From Macrostomum lignano (lineage: Eukaryota): a stretch of DNA of 64,000 nucleotides. Position numbers and translations under genes: made by a program. The notes beneath the pieces are model-generated. The model worked only from the letters and a program-made list of their open reading frames with translations, was not told where the DNA came from and did not search any database. Positions within the stretch are counted from its first letter, which is position 1; every line of letters begins with the position of its first letter. The stretch lies in NCBI GenBank assembly GCA_002269645.1, contig NIVC01001006.1, positions 1 through 64,000 on the forward strand. The letters run 5' to 3'. Positions 29,680 to 41,570 of this stretch are shown here, piece by piece.

Positions 29680-32043
29680 TGTTGTAAAGTGAGTTTACTC
29701 ACTGGGTTGTTTTGCTAGTCGGTGTTTGGGGGTCAAGGGATCCGATGTACATGCGCGCTCTGTTTGTATATGTACATGCGTTCTCGAGTAAATATATGAA
29801 TAGCTCCACCCTTTGGGTGAGGGTTTGAATTTTGTTTGTTGGACTAAACCTGACTGGCTTGTCTCTCGCTCACCACATTTTGGCGTCGCGCGGAGAAATC
29901 AATTGATTTGGGCCAGCGTGATTCAGCACAAGCGCGAACTCTAAAATCTGCCAAGTCATGAGCAGCACAGAAGGCGCAAATGCAAGTGCAATGGGCGACC
30001 CACAGCGAGGGTCCCAACAAGCAGCAGCCCAACAGTCAAGCAGAGATGCAGCCAACAGAATGAGTGTCAACATTTCGCCACCGCAGCCGTTTCTGCCAGC
30101 CGCTGGAGCACCGCTGATTGAATGGAACCGATGGAAAGCAATGTTCAGCAATTACCTGCTAGCATCGGGAGCCAGCGATCTGCCGGAGCAAAGAAAACAA
30201 GCGTTGCTCATTCACTGTTTGGGTGCAGAGGGACAAAACATCTACATGTCTCTACAGGCCAGCAGCAATCAGGAGGAAGGAGAGCAACCGCCATCAACAG
30301 TTGATGACACGCTGAAGCTCCTAGACATGCACTTCGGACCCAAAGTCAACGTAGTTGCTGAGAGGCACAGATTCCGACAGAGAGCTCAGCGACCGGGCGA
30401 AAAGATCAGCGACTTCGTTGCCGCGCTGCGAAACCTGGCTTCGAACTGCGACTTCAAGACCTTCCAGGAGGAGATGCTGCGTGACCAGCTCGTCGAGAAA
30501 GTGCTCAGCAACCACATCAGGGAGCGACTGCTTATGGAGCCGGAGCTGACCTTGGCGACAGCTGTGCAGTTGGCGGAGCGACTGGAAACTGGACTGCTGG
30601 AGGCCCAGGCCATCAAGGGAGGCAGCCACACAGACCCAAACAGCTCGTGTGGAGTCCAGCAGATCAGCAAGGCCAAGAACAGTGGAGCAGCGGCAAGACA
30701 GCACGAGGCACTGAAGTCGACAGCCGACGGCCGGAGCTGCGGCTACTGTGGCTCAGCGGCGCATGTCGGTGGACAGACCTGCCCAGCAAAGGGGCAGAAG
30801 TGCAAGTCCTGCGGCAAGCGCGGGCACTTCGCCAGAGTCTGCAGGAGCGGCAACCGAGTGCGACAGCTTCAGGATGAGTACTCCATCTGCACTGTGTCGA
30901 CAGCTGCGGCAGCAAGCAAGCACTGCGAAGTGCTGCTGAACGGGAGGCCTGTCAAGCTGCTCGTTGACTCCGGTTCGCGAGTCTCCATCATCACCAAGAC
31001 GACGTACAATAGACTTCTGTCCAACGTGCCCCTGCAGGCGTCATCACGGAAGCTGGTCGCTTTCAACGGCAGCAAGATCGGCGTGCTTGGTGATATCCTG
31101 ACCTCGGTGCAACTCAAGGACAAAGTAGTGCCTTACGTCAACCTTAGCGTGGTTAATACCGGATCTGACATCCTGGGGTGCGACCTCATGGATCAGCTGG
31201 GACTGTGGATCGTCACTGCAGACGGTGAGCGAGTGCAGACAGTCGGCACCAGAGCCCTGCCTGACTGGATCCCAGGCCGGTTCGATCAGTTGACTCAGGG
31301 ACTCGGACACATCAAAGGATTTCAGCACAGGCTGCGAGTCAACCCCGCGGTGCAACCGACTGCTCAACCGTTGCGCAGAGTGCCGCTCAGCTTAAGAGAT
31401 TCGGTTCAAAAGAAGTTCAAGTGGCTCAAAAGAACCCGACCGCCTCAATTAGGGTGCGGCGACCTGGTGCGAGTGCGATCTCCGCGGATGCGAGGCAAGC
31501 TGCAGAGCCACGTGTCACCACCTCTACGGGTCAGCGACATCATCAGCCCGACGATCGTCAGGTTAGAGGACGGCTCAAGGTGGCACACCAGCCTCTGTAT
31601 GCCTCATGCGGAGCCCGAGGGTGCCAGCACGACTTCGGCAACGGCAATGCCGCCACAGCCGCCAGTGGCTGCAGAGCCGGCAGCGCCAGAAGGCCCAACG
31701 GACCCGCCGCCGGCGACCGCTGAGGCCGACGCGGAGCTGCGGCGCAGTACGCGACTGCGGGCACCACCGTTGTGGTACGGCCAGGTCGTGACGCATTGAT
31801 TGCCAGCTGTGAAGGGAATTAGTGACTGTTAAGGAGGAGGGTGAATGTTGTAAAGTGAGTTTACTCACTGGGTTGTTTTGCTAGTCGGTGTTTGGGGGTC
31901 AAGGGATCCGATGTACATGCGCGCTCTGTTTGTATATGTACATGCGTTCTCGAGTAAATATATGAATAGCTCCACCCTTTGGGTGAGGGTTTGAATTTTG
32001 TTTGTTGGACTAAACCTGACTGGCTTGTCTCTCGCTCACCACA
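29680..32043 (+). mobile_element. Internally deleted Ty3/Gypsy (Mag-like) LTR retrotransposon, 2364 bp
   Basis: LTRs 29680-29877 and 31846-32043 (198 bp, TG...CA, no difference seen). TSD ATCAG at 29675-29679 and 32044-32048. PBS TGGCGTCGCG at 29881. PPT AAGGAGGAGGGTGAA 31831-31845. Confidence 0.95.
29958..31799 (+). CDS. Gag-protease polyprotein fused in frame to the integrase C-terminal tail (RT, RNase H and IN core deleted), 613 aa
   Basis: Gag (WNRWKAMF...LLIHCLG, ERHRFRQRAQRPGE, LRDQLV), zinc knuckle CKSCGKRGHFARVC, protease LLVDSGS, RT lead-in QPLRRVPLSLRD, then GDLVRVR...RW tail. No YxDD motif. Confidence 0.9.
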   Translation: MSSTEGANASAMGDPQRGSQQAAAQQSSRDAANRMSVNISPPQPFLPAAGAPLIEWNRWKAMFSNYLLASGASDLPEQRKQALLIHCLGAEGQNIYMSLQASSNQEEGEQPPSTVDDTLKLLDMHFGPKVNVVAERHRFRQRAQRPGEKISDFVAALRNLASNCDFKTFQEEMLRDQLVEKVLSNHIRERLLMEPELTLATAVQLAERLETGLLEAQAIKGGSHTDPNSSCGVQQISKAKNSGAAARQHEALKSTADGRSCGYCGSAAHVGGQTCPAKGQKCKSCGKRGHFARVCRSGNRVRQLQDEYSICTVSTAAAASKHCEVLLNGRPVKLLVDSGSRVSIITKTTYNRLLSNVPLQASSRKLVAFNGSKIGVLGDILTSVQLKDKVVPYVNLSVVNTGSDILGCDLMDQLGLWIVTADGERVQTVGTRALPDWIPGRFDQLTQGLGHIKGFQHRLRVNPAVQPTAQPLRRVPLSLRDSVQKKFKWLKRTRPPQLGCGDLVRVRSPRMRGKLQSHVSPPLRVSDIISPTIVRLEDGSRWHTSLCMPHAEPEGASTTSATAMPPQPPVAAEPAAPEGPTDPPPATAEADAELRRSTRLRAPPLWYGQVVTH

Positions 32044-32954
32044 ATCAGCTCAGCAACAGGGGGCTGGGATCAGTTCAGCAACAGGGGACTGGGATCAGGT
32101 CAGCAACAGGGGACTGGGATCAAGTCAGCAACAGGGGACTGGGATCAAGTCAGCAACAGGGGACTGGGATCAAGTCAGCAACAGGGGACTGGGATCAAGT
32201 CAGCAACAGGGGACTGGGATCAGGTCAGCAACAGGGGACTGGGATCAAGTCAGCAACAGGGGACTGGGATCAGGTCAGCAACAGGGGACTGGGATCAAGT
32301 CAGCAACAGGGGACTGGGATCAGGTCAGCAACAGGGGACTGGGATCAGGTCAGCAACAGGGGACTGGGATCAAGTCAGCAACAGGGGACTGGGATCAGGT
32401 CAGCAACAGGGGACTGGGATCAAGTCAGCAACAGTTAAGAGGGATCAGGTAGCTGCCTGGACACTTCTTGTTGGCTTTATCTGAGTGCTTCCATGAACAG
32501 AACCAGGATGTTGTATTGCTCCAAAGTTGGTTCCTACCCTACTCTCCTTGCATGGATAAATCATGGATGAAGCATCCATGATGCCATGTATGGATCATAC
32601 CTGAACATGTATGGAGCCATACCTGATCATACATGGTTCCACGTAAACTTCATCCATGGTTACTTTCCATCCATGTACATTGATGTATGATTTTAAATAT
32701 AATTTTCCTTACTACACTACTGTTAGTAGAACGCAATGTTTGCGTAGGTTCATTTTAAAGCTGAAATTTTCTAAACAAATTCGGCAGCATCTTTAGTGCT
32801 GCTGAGAAATATGTTTCCATTCCCTTATAAATCACTTTCAAAACAAAAAAGTATCAGAACAAATACTTATGCAATTAAATGTAGAAGTAATTGAAAACTC
32901 GTATGATGACCATTTCGAGACTTATATTATTAATGATAATTAGGCATAATTCAT

Positions 32955-33575
32955 TTCAAAGTACTGTAAGAAAAAATAAGACAGCTCAGTCTCAGAGAGC
33001 TTTAAAATACAGAATGGACAGAATTTGACGCATTTCAAGGTACTGTAAGAAAAAATAAGACAGCTCAGAGAGCTTTAAAATACAGAATAGACAGAATTTG
33101 ACGCATTTCAAGGTACTGTAAGAAAAAATAAAACAGCTCAGAGAGCTTTAAAATACAGAATAGACAGAATTTGACGCATTTCAATGTACTGTAAGAAAAA
33201 ATAAGACAGCTCAGAGAGCTTTAAAATACAGAATAGACAGAATTTGACGCATTTCAAGGTACTGTAAGAAAAAATAAAACAGCTCAGAGAGCTTTAAAAT
33301 ACAGAATAGACAGAATTTGACGCATTTCAAGGTACTGTAAGAAAAAATAAAACAGCTCAGAGAGCTTTAAAATACAGAATAGACAGAATTTGACGCATTT
33401 CAAGGTACTGTAAGAAAAAATAAAACAGCTCAGAGAGCTTTAAAATACAGAATAGACAGAATTTGACGCATTTCAAGGTACTGTAAGAAAAAATAAAACA
33501 GCTCAGAGAGCTTTAAGATACAGAATAGACAGAATTTGACGCATTTCAAGGTACTGTAAGAAAAAATAAAACAGT
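32955..33575. repeat. 73-bp tandem repeat x~8.5 inside the CACTA element
   Basis: Period 73 (e.g. 33041, 33114). Confidence 0.93.
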
Positions 33576-33903
33576 AAATTTTACTGAACAGTCAATAAAT
33601 AGAATTAGCCGAATTCGGTACGCATTAAGGGCAAGGGCCGACTAATCCTTTACGAAACGAAGTTAATGCTGCATTAGTCAATTATTTGCGCACAGAAACT
33701 TGGAGATTTTGAATATGGAGAGATCGGACAAAGAGAGGTAACGGTGGGAGTCTGAGAGGGAGGAAGTTGGGCATCTGGAAAGTTATTCTGATTCCCTGAT
33801 GGTTTTATCTTGGTCATGGAGCATAATTTTATTTTCTGCCAGACTTTGCAGCATTAATAATAAAATAATCGGATCTAAGGTACGGACACATACTCGTACC
33901 TTT

Positions 33904-36204
33904 TTAATCATGTTCAAACTCTTTGAACAATGGCACAGCGCAATAACAGTCTTTGCTGAACGATTCTACTGGAACAGCGATGCAGGGTCGATCGACCTCT
34001 GAAAAATTAACTATACGTTCGCGTCTGGCCGATCTGGGCGCATTAGACAGGGATATCAATACAAAATTGAATGTCGAAGACTTTTTGAACATGGATTCCA
34101 GCAATGCTTTCCAATTAAGTAAATCGATGGGGAAAGTTGCTGCTGGTACTCGTAAAACAAAATCAAACAGCGAACCAATGGGATCCAAAATTTGCACTCG
34201 AATAGTATTAGGCTCGAGGAACTCTGCAATAGTGCAGATTTCGCCGGACTTCAATTGGCAAAGATGGTTAGAATTTTTCGACGCACAAGCTGAGCTTGTC
34301 GAGAAAAAATGTCCATTAAAATAAGCAAGTGAGTTTCGAAGAATACCATGTGGCCTGGATGGCTCTAAAGATATAGAGTTAACTGCATCCACTACAATAG
34401 AGTCCTTAACACAAGAAAAGTAGTGATGTAGCAACTTTTGAAACAAAAACTTGCGAACAAGCTGTGGGCCAAATGACACAGTTCCGCATAAGAACTTTTT
34501 GAACATGCCAATGGAGCTCTCAAATGCGAACATAGAATAATTAAATACAGGTCCGTACAATTCGTACTGTTCAGCCATATGCAAAAGCAGGTGGAAATTA
34601 AGGCGGAGTACTTTCGGTCCGAATATTTGCTGAGCATTGGAGATAAAAGCTTTGCATAGCTTTTCGATATCAGTCTTATTTGATTGGGGGCTATACAACA
34701 TGTGATAAATAAGAACTAAATTAGTTAACAGCAGTTTCAATGGAAAATGCGAAATTCTCTGCAAAAACGTAGGAAGAAGAAAGTATAGCGCAAAGTTTTT
34801 AAAATGCTTTGCTTTCCAATCTGAAAAGCCTTTAAAATTTGTGTTGATTGTGATGCTAGAAGGAGTTATAGATTGACGAATACAATTAGATATGAAATCC
34901 ATGCAATTAGCTGAGCAAAAATACAACTCGCGCCTGTTTGCAGGTAATGACAGCTCTTCTAGTAGATACTTGGTGTGGCCTTCGAAAAAGCAGTGTAAAC
35001 TGTCAATAGGATTGCAGCTGGGAAACGGAACATAGTCTAACAAGCAACTGCGCATCTTTACGCCAAAAACAGGCCGATTTCGAATTTGTGCGAGCCGACA
35101 GTGTTCAAGATGGGAAGATGGGTTTCTCAAAGGAAACAAGTAGCCTTCACCATAGCGGAAGATCCAGTTTTTACCTTTCTCGGATACTTTAAAGCTCTCA
35201 CCTGGGTGCAAGCACCTAGGACAGCTAAACGCACCATTGTACTGGTGAATGCAGAAGAGCTTAGCAAGAGCGGGCAAGTCACAAACAAAGAGTGTGTAAT
35301 GGACATGAACGGTGTATTCCGAGAATATAAACTGTTTTGGCAAATTGTTCATAATTTCAGACAGAAAAGACTGGAAATGCGGGACTGCCTTCGATGAAAC
35401 AAGAGCAATTAGAATTAAATTTGCAAAGCGTTGACGGATGTAAACAGGAAGGTTTAGAAGTTGAGCCTGAAATGGCCAAAAGCTACTCTGAACAGATTCA
35501 AAAAAATTGGCGCCATCAGCTGAGATTAGAAGATGCAAGTGAAGCGACTTGCCAGAAGATAGGCTTAAGCCTTGTTCTTTAACTATTTTGGAATTCAAAA
35601 CGTCTGTGTTTTTATCCTTTTGCAATTCTTGCTCATACTGCAGAATAGTTGAAGTGTGGCTGCTTAAGATAGTCCGCAGCTGTGGAACAATATTGAGCTG
35701 TGTCACAGCAACCTTTGACTTTGGGGAATGAACCTGACACTGGCTTTTGCATTCTGGGCAAAAGCCAAATTCAGACACGTCACTATCATCAAGAGGGCAA
35801 GTATCTTGAATCAATGATTTGAGCAACTTGACGCTATTTGGAAGAGCTAGAGAATCTCTACTAAAAATAGAAAGTAGCTTCAGGAGTCTATCAAGAGCAG
35901 CCTCTGAAACTCCGGAAGTAATTGCCCACTGAAAAATCAGAGCCGCCTGCACACTGGGATCTGAGATGGAAGCCAAATTCGCTAAGCTATCTGAACTCTC
36001 CTCAAGCACAGGCACAGCATTGTTTTCACCAATAAAAGTTTCCACAGCGTCAGGACAGCTGTGCGAGTGCGTTACACCGGCTTCGCTTGAAATTGAACTC
36101 CTATTACTTGTAGAAAAACTATTTGAGGGAGAAGAAATCGCCTGACAAGAGTAGGCTGAGTAATTAGTAGAAAGAGAGTGCTCAGATTCTGATTTACTAG
36201 ACAT
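33904..36204 (-). CDS. CACTA/EnSpm-type DDE transposase (766 aa, uninterrupted)
   Basis: Family motifs ISADG...WP..LLNLP...R...N, CDLPA..K....YNG..SCPRC, DSLHCFFEG, WKA..F..F..Y..LP, NFHLLLH...YGP...SMFAFES. Confidence 0.9.
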   Translation of the reverse strand: MSSKSESEHSLSTNYSAYSCQAISSPSNSFSTSNRSSISSEAGVTHSHSCPDAVETFIGENNAVPVLEESSDSLANLASISDPSVQAALIFQWAITSGVSEAALDRLLKLLSIFSRDSLALPNSVKLLKSLIQDTCPLDDSDVSEFGFCPECKSQCQVHSPKSKVAVTQLNIVPQLRTILSSHTSTILQYEQELQKDKNTDVLNSKIVKEQGLSLSSGKSLHLHLLISADGANFFESVQSSFWPFQAQLLNLPVYIRQRFANLILIALVSSKAVPHFQSFLSEIMNNLPKQFIFSEYTVHVHYTLFVCDLPALAKLFCIHQYNGAFSCPRCLHPGESFKVSEKGKNWIFRYGEGYLFPLRNPSSHLEHCRLAQIRNRPVFGVKMRSCLLDYVPFPSCNPIDSLHCFFEGHTKYLLEELSLPANRRELYFCSANCMDFISNCIRQSITPSSITINTNFKGFSDWKAKHFKNFALYFLLPTFLQRISHFPLKLLLTNLVLIYHMLYSPQSNKTDIEKLCKAFISNAQQIFGPKVLRLNFHLLLHMAEQYELYGPVFNYSMFAFESSIGMFKKFLCGTVSFGPQLVRKFLFQKLLHHYFSCVKDSIVVDAVNSISLEPSRPHGILRNSLAYFNGHFFSTSSACASKNSNHLCQLKSGEICTIAEFLEPNTIRVQILDPIGSLFDFVLRVPAATFPIDLLNWKALLESMFKKSSTFNFVLISLSNAPRSARRERIVNFSEVDRPCIAVPVESFSKDCYCAVPLFKEFEHD

Positions 36205-36253
36205 AAAAATAGCAATTCAAATATTCAAAAGTTACTAGAATTTTTTCCGCAAT

Positions 36254-38204
36254 TCACGGTCCCATTCGCCTTGAGCGGGAAATGGAATCCCCTGACTCGG
36301 GTCCAGAAGCAGCAGTTGAAGTTCGCTTTCTCGCCCGTGTCTCCTCCCTGGCCAGCTGATTGAGATGGTCTCGTACAGACTTCCAGATTTCGTGGAAGTC
36401 GTAGCCAGATGTTCGATAGCACAATTGAAGCAAACCTGAAAATTCACGAGTATAGTAAAATATTTTTACAATAGACATTGTGTACTGTGTTTATAGTAGA
36501 AATAGGCTAAATTTAAAAGGAAGTTGATTTATGATGCTAATCATTAAATAGGTCAATGGGATGTATTGAACTTTAGAACTATTTTTCCTCAATTTCTTTT
36601 ATCTCAGACCTAAATGTGTTTTTTTAGAAAATATCCCAAGTATTGGATTCAGATCATTTAGCATTAATTAGCCTAAATTGCTTTATAATAAAAAAATTGC
36701 ACAAAACTGTGAAAAAATTATATATATATATTTACGTTGAAACTCTGTCACATGCTCAGATGGAGCAGGCCTTCGGGAACTGCGAGCACCACAGGATGAA
36801 TCGATTATATGCTCAAGCAAGTAGCCTTCGCCAAATCGCAGCTTGATATACCTTCGGAGGAACACCTTAGGATCGTTGCAAAGAATTGAAGACAGCTCAG
36901 CTAGGGAACCATCAATGCACCTAAATTCCTAAAAAATGTTATTATATAGTAGAACTTTTATACTACAGACGTGATGCTGCTGATGCTAAGAAAAAACTGA
37001 CATACCTCATTTTGGTATTCTTTAATTGTTAGCATTCCACCAAAGTTGTCATCCTTTTTTAAAAGTCGGCATATCCTTGCAGCAAGACGCTTCTCAAGAG
37101 AAAGCAACTCGGATTGAATGAACAGTTTTAGATCTAGAGTAAGATATATGCTCATATATAAAAATATGGTGATTTTGATTTTTAATAATGTGATTGTATC
37201 ATATTAAAAAAATAAAATTATACCTTTCATTGTTGCATCCGATTCACTGTTTACTATCTGTACCCCTCGGAGGGGTTGCACTTCTTGAATTGCACCTAGT
37301 GATAAAAAAGGCTTATTGCTACAAAAATATTGACTCATTTGGTATTTGGTTTTCAATTAGGTGTAATAGAATATACAAACTTGATTCCAAGAGGCCTGTG
37401 GCACGAGCTTGCTCATTTTCAACCAAAGATGCCTCTCTCTCAAATGCAGAAATGGCTTTTTCTAAAAAATAATAATTAATCAAATAATACAACAAAAAAA
37501 ACAAATTGCAAACAATTAATAGTTCATATATATTGCAGTTTTACCCATTGATTGAGTAGCTGGTATCGCCAAATTTGGTTCGCCACTTTCACTATCCACT
37601 TCATAAAGCTCGTCAAGTAGTCCATGCTGATGACAACTAGAACTTGAAGCAACCTGCTTTGAACTAGATGACCTTATTGTCCTTACATTTGCAATGCCAG
37701 CTTGGGGATCTTTCATTGCAAAAAGCTCAATAGCTTGGCTAATCAATGAATCAGTATTTTCAGCCTCACTAACCAAGTTGGAAAGTTGGTTCATAGTTGA
37801 AGCCATTTGCCTTTCACTACCTTTTGCCACAAGTGTAGCAGAAAATAGTTTGCCATACATGCGTAAAAAGACTTTAGTCCCCTAAAATATAATTTAATAA
37901 AGTAATATTACATTTGTAGTTGGAATAATTTGTTTTAGAAACCATGTACTCAATAACAAAATATTATGCATATAAATCCAACTTAAAATCTTACTTGTGC
38001 AAGTTCCAACTTTTCATCATTAGTTATTGTACTTGGCCAATAGGGAGACCCAAATGCAATGGTCACATATTGCTCATCATGGCCAACATTGTGAAGAATA
38101 AAGCAGAAAAACAATGCTGAATTGTCATTTCCAAATTTAGAAGTACTTTTTGTCTGCTTTCGAAGAGGCCTAGAATTAGATGCACTTAATCCAATATCAT
38201 CCAT
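36254..38204 (-). CDS. Spliced transposon accessory gene with putative C-terminal BEN-like domain
   Basis: About 7 exons with short AT-rich GT-AG introns. The last two (36920-36736, 36435-36254) join in phase to DPKVFLRRYIKLRFGEGYLLEH...EFQRLLQLCY...IWKSVRDHLNQLAREETRARKR. One internal junction is unresolved. Confidence 0.65.
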
Positions 38205-40063
38205 AACAATTTGTTCTGAAAAAGTTTCACAAGGAGATAAGGTTTGAAGAATCAATCAAGAGGCCAATGACAAACCAATTAGAATTGTATATAAAAAAAA
38301 TTTAATGTAGGGACCCTAGGCCCCTATGATTTTAAATAAAAATTATAATATAAGGCCTAGGCCCTATATATAGGCCTATAATTATAAAGTTGTGCCATTG
38401 TGGATTTTCTGATACAAAGTAGACAATATTAGGCCTAATTGGGCCTAGTCTAGTCTAGTTTTGATTATAGACTGTATATTAGATACAAAGGACATGAAAG
38501 GTCTCGAAATTAAGTACCAATTACCATAATATACTATTATTTTTTATTATTTTGAAACTGTCAGCCTACCATGTGATTTTTATCATTAGGCTATGGCCTA
38601 GGTCTAGGATGCCACTTTAGACTAGGCCTTTGGCTTTGGTTAGGCCAACCTATCATTATAAAAATGCAGCAAAATATCATTCAAAAATATACATCTAACC
38701 CCTATAGGTTATCTTTGCATCCCAAATATAATATATAATAGGGTTTCTATTTTCTAATATATCTACAAATACAATTTTCACTGAAGGAGTGAAGATCAAA
38801 ATTAGCATGTCAAAAAACCTTACAAGCCACCGAATTTTAAAACTAGCTACCAAAAGTGGAACTGGAAGTATATAGCTAAGAAAAAACATAAACATAAACA
38901 TAGCACATAGTGACACATAATGAAATGATGACAACATGCAAGAGTGACAGAGTCCTCTTAGAAAGGAAAAATAGGCCTAGTAATTTATGTTTATGGGAAG
39001 TTAAGTCCGTAATTAACTAAACCGAAACAAAATGGCCAACAAAATTGCTGGTAATATATTCAAAGCAATTTGTAGGTGAAGATTTTAACAAATTTATTAA
39101 ACTATTTTTTGTATTTACAATTTCGCTTTTATTAAATATATTTAAAACTTTATTAGATATACATAAAATAGCCTGAAATTTTTTATAAGCTTAGTTATTT
39201 ATTTTCCCGTATGAACTCCCTGACATGGATGATTTTACCATGGAAAGTTTTAAAAATCCATGCATGAAAATACCATGAACATGCATGATTTATCAATGGA
39301 TCATGGATCATAGATGATTTATCCATGATAAGAGAGTAGGGTACTTATCAAAACTTGTTAATTAACGTAGCAATACTGCGTAGAAAAAATTTTGGCCTTT
39401 CCTTTGATTTACTTTTACCGTACGACTCTCCCCCCGAAAGCACTTGTCCAGAAGCGTGTTACAGAAAATAAAAGTAATGAATTACTGCAGTAGAACCGTC
39501 CCTGGTGATGCGTGATGACTCACTCTTTCACACTGGATGGTTTTGTATGGGGGGGGGGGCGAGGAGCCTCTCTGCCAGGGGTCAGGACTGGCTGAAAGCA
39601 AATCTCAGCGACCAAATTATTGCTGCAACAAGGAGCGCAAGGAGCCGCCTTGGAAAACCGAAAACCTGGCATTCGATTGCCAGCATGCTGTTCGCCATGT
39701 GCCATGCACAACGCAAAAGCGTTAAAGCAGCAACACTGCCCTCGCCTGACTGCCCCTCCCGCCCGCCCCGCCTTCCCCGCCTCGCCCGCCTCTCTCGGAT
39801 CATCGGCCGCAAGAAGGCGAGCCGGCAGCGCCGCGCTGTACGCAGGCGGGCATCGAATTTGGGGAGTTCGGAGGCAAAACTTGGGATCAACTGCATGGGC
39901 CCTGGGGAGGCGGGAGTGGGGAGAAGAATTCTCCCCAACTAGCCTGATCCCCTTTTCACTCCCTGACCACAAAGGGGGGATAAAAGGGGAGGATTCGCTG
40001 ATTCTGTTTCGGCCTCCAGCTCGCTCTCTCGAGATCAAACAGAAAAGCTGAGCAGCCCAGAGG

Positions 40064-40306
40064 ATGCAGGAAAGCCGAGAAGCAGCGGCAGCCTCCGAGG
40101 ACCCACCGGCCCCCGAGCTGCAGAAGGAGCTGAGCCAGATGAAGCTGCTGCTGGTGCAGCTCAGAGACCTGCTCCTGCTCATGCCGGAAGAGGCAGACGG
40201 CCAGGAAGCTGGCGGGAGAGCCGCGGCAACTTCAAAGACCTGCCCGACCTGCGGCCGCTCGGACGGACTGGGAGAGAGAGCCGCCGACAGACCAGCGGAG
40301 ACCTAA
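40064..40306 (+). CDS. Possible short coding exon with a coiled-coil (ELQKELSQMKLLLVQLRDLLL); gene context unresolved
   Basis: Host-like codon usage (CTG/GAG/CAG); no recognised homolog; no convincing full gene model. Confidence 0.25.
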   Translation: MQESREAAAASEDPPAPELQKELSQMKLLLVQLRDLLLLMPEEADGQEAGGRAAATSKTCPTCGRSDGLGERAADRPAET

Positions 40307-40574
40307 TCCGAGAAAGAGCTTTCTATGAAACTCGGACTTGGCAAGAAGGGGCAGCGAAGCCACTTTGAAAAAAGCGAGGCAAACCCTCCCTCCCCAGACT
40401 GAAACTCGGTATTCGCAAAGTTGTCAACAGGTAGGAAACTGAGATCATTGAGAAAAGCTTCATGGCTGCTCTGCAAGCCACATGTGACTGCAGAAGTCTC
40501 AATCGCAGTAGGAGAAATTTCCTAAGTCAGGACATTTTCTTGATCTCCACGCTGCATCTCATCTCTCGTCTCTT

Positions 40575-40653
40575 CTCTGCTCCCCCCTCTGGCCCGCAGT
40601 CATGCGCTAAGTTTTCTATCTGGGCCTTGAGGTAAAAAGGTTGCCGACCCCTG
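40575..40653. mobile_element. Isolated hAT (Charlie-like) terminal fragment
   Basis: Reverse complement reads CAGGGGTCGGCAACCTTTTT, a typical hAT-Charlie end; partner end not found. Confidence 0.35.
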
Positions 40654-41149
40654 ATGCAGCGGGTTCCCGTGCCAGTTGCTAGGGGGCATTCAAGCATAAA
40701 GCTCTACAATATGAATTCTGTTTGCATTTCAAAATCAACTTGTAAAACTGCACATGCTTTGTTGTGTAAATAAAAATACACTGGCTTTCAACTATCGACA
40801 AACTGCGTATCGATTTAAACCAGAAACGTTTCGATCGAGCACGAACGATAAAACTCTCTCGAGTCGAGTGCGGCTGTCAGGCTCGAAACGAGTTTTGAGT
40901 GAGAACTCTCTTATCAACTATAATAATCGATGGGCAAAAAGCGGCAGCAGGAGGCTGCCAGCCCACTCTAAAAGTTCACTCTGCCAGTGCAAACACGGGC
41001 TGACCAGCTGAGCTGACAGAGACACGCAATATGACAGCGCTCCCGGAACCGCTGATAGTGTTTGCCATTGGACATAAATTTCTATACTTACTACTCACAT
41101 TTGCAAATAGTAGTACGATAAACTACACTAATGTGAAAAATTATATTGG

Positions 41150-41570
41150 GGATCTGAGAGGCTTGTGGGTGGCCCGTCAACAGAGGATCTGGGAGGCTTG
41201 TGGGTGGCCCATCAACAGAGGATCTGGGAGGCTTGTGGGTGGCCCGTCAACAGAGGATCTGGGAGGCTTGTGGGTGGCCCGTCAACAGAGGATCTGGGAG
41301 GCTTGTGGGTGGCCCGTCAACTGAGGATCTGGAAGGCTGGCCCAGCAACTGAGGATCTGGGAGACTGGCCCAGCAACTGAGGATCTGGAAGACTGGCCCA
41401 GAAACTGAGGATCTGGGAGGCTGGCACAGCAACTGAGGATCTGGGAGACTGGCCCAGCAACTGAGGATCTGGAAGACTGGCCCAGAAACTGAGGATCTGG
41501 GAGGCTGGCACAGCAACTGAGGATCTGGGAGACTGGCCCAGCAACTGAGGATCTGGGAGGACAACCAAGT
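41150..41570. repeat. Compound minisatellite: 35-bp unit switching to a related 28-bp unit
   Basis: GAGGATCTGGGAGGCTTGTGGGTGGCCCGTCAACA then CTGAGGATCTGGRAGRCTGGCMCAGMAA. Confidence 0.92.

Larger units (their letters stand above)
29040..32434. repeat. 25-bp satellite (GGGACTGGGATCAGGTCAGCAACAG) split by the LTR element: 29040-29679 and 32044-32434
   Basis: Exact 25-bp period on both sides. Confidence 0.96.
32537..39341 (-). mobile_element. CACTA/EnSpm (CMC) DNA transposon, 6805 bp, apparently complete
   Basis: 28-bp TIRs CCCTACTCTCCTTGCATGGATAAATCAT versus CCCTACTCTCTTATCATGGATAAATCAT (3 mismatches). 2-bp TSD TA at 32535-32536 and 39342-39343. CATGGA-rich subterminal repeats. Encodes transposase and an accessory gene. 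Confidence 0.88.

Noticed and set aside
38030-38080. PWWP-like reading of YVTIAFGSPYWPSTI in the transposon accessory gene
   Set aside because: Only the PYWP core matches; flanking PWWP positions are not convincing without an HMM search.
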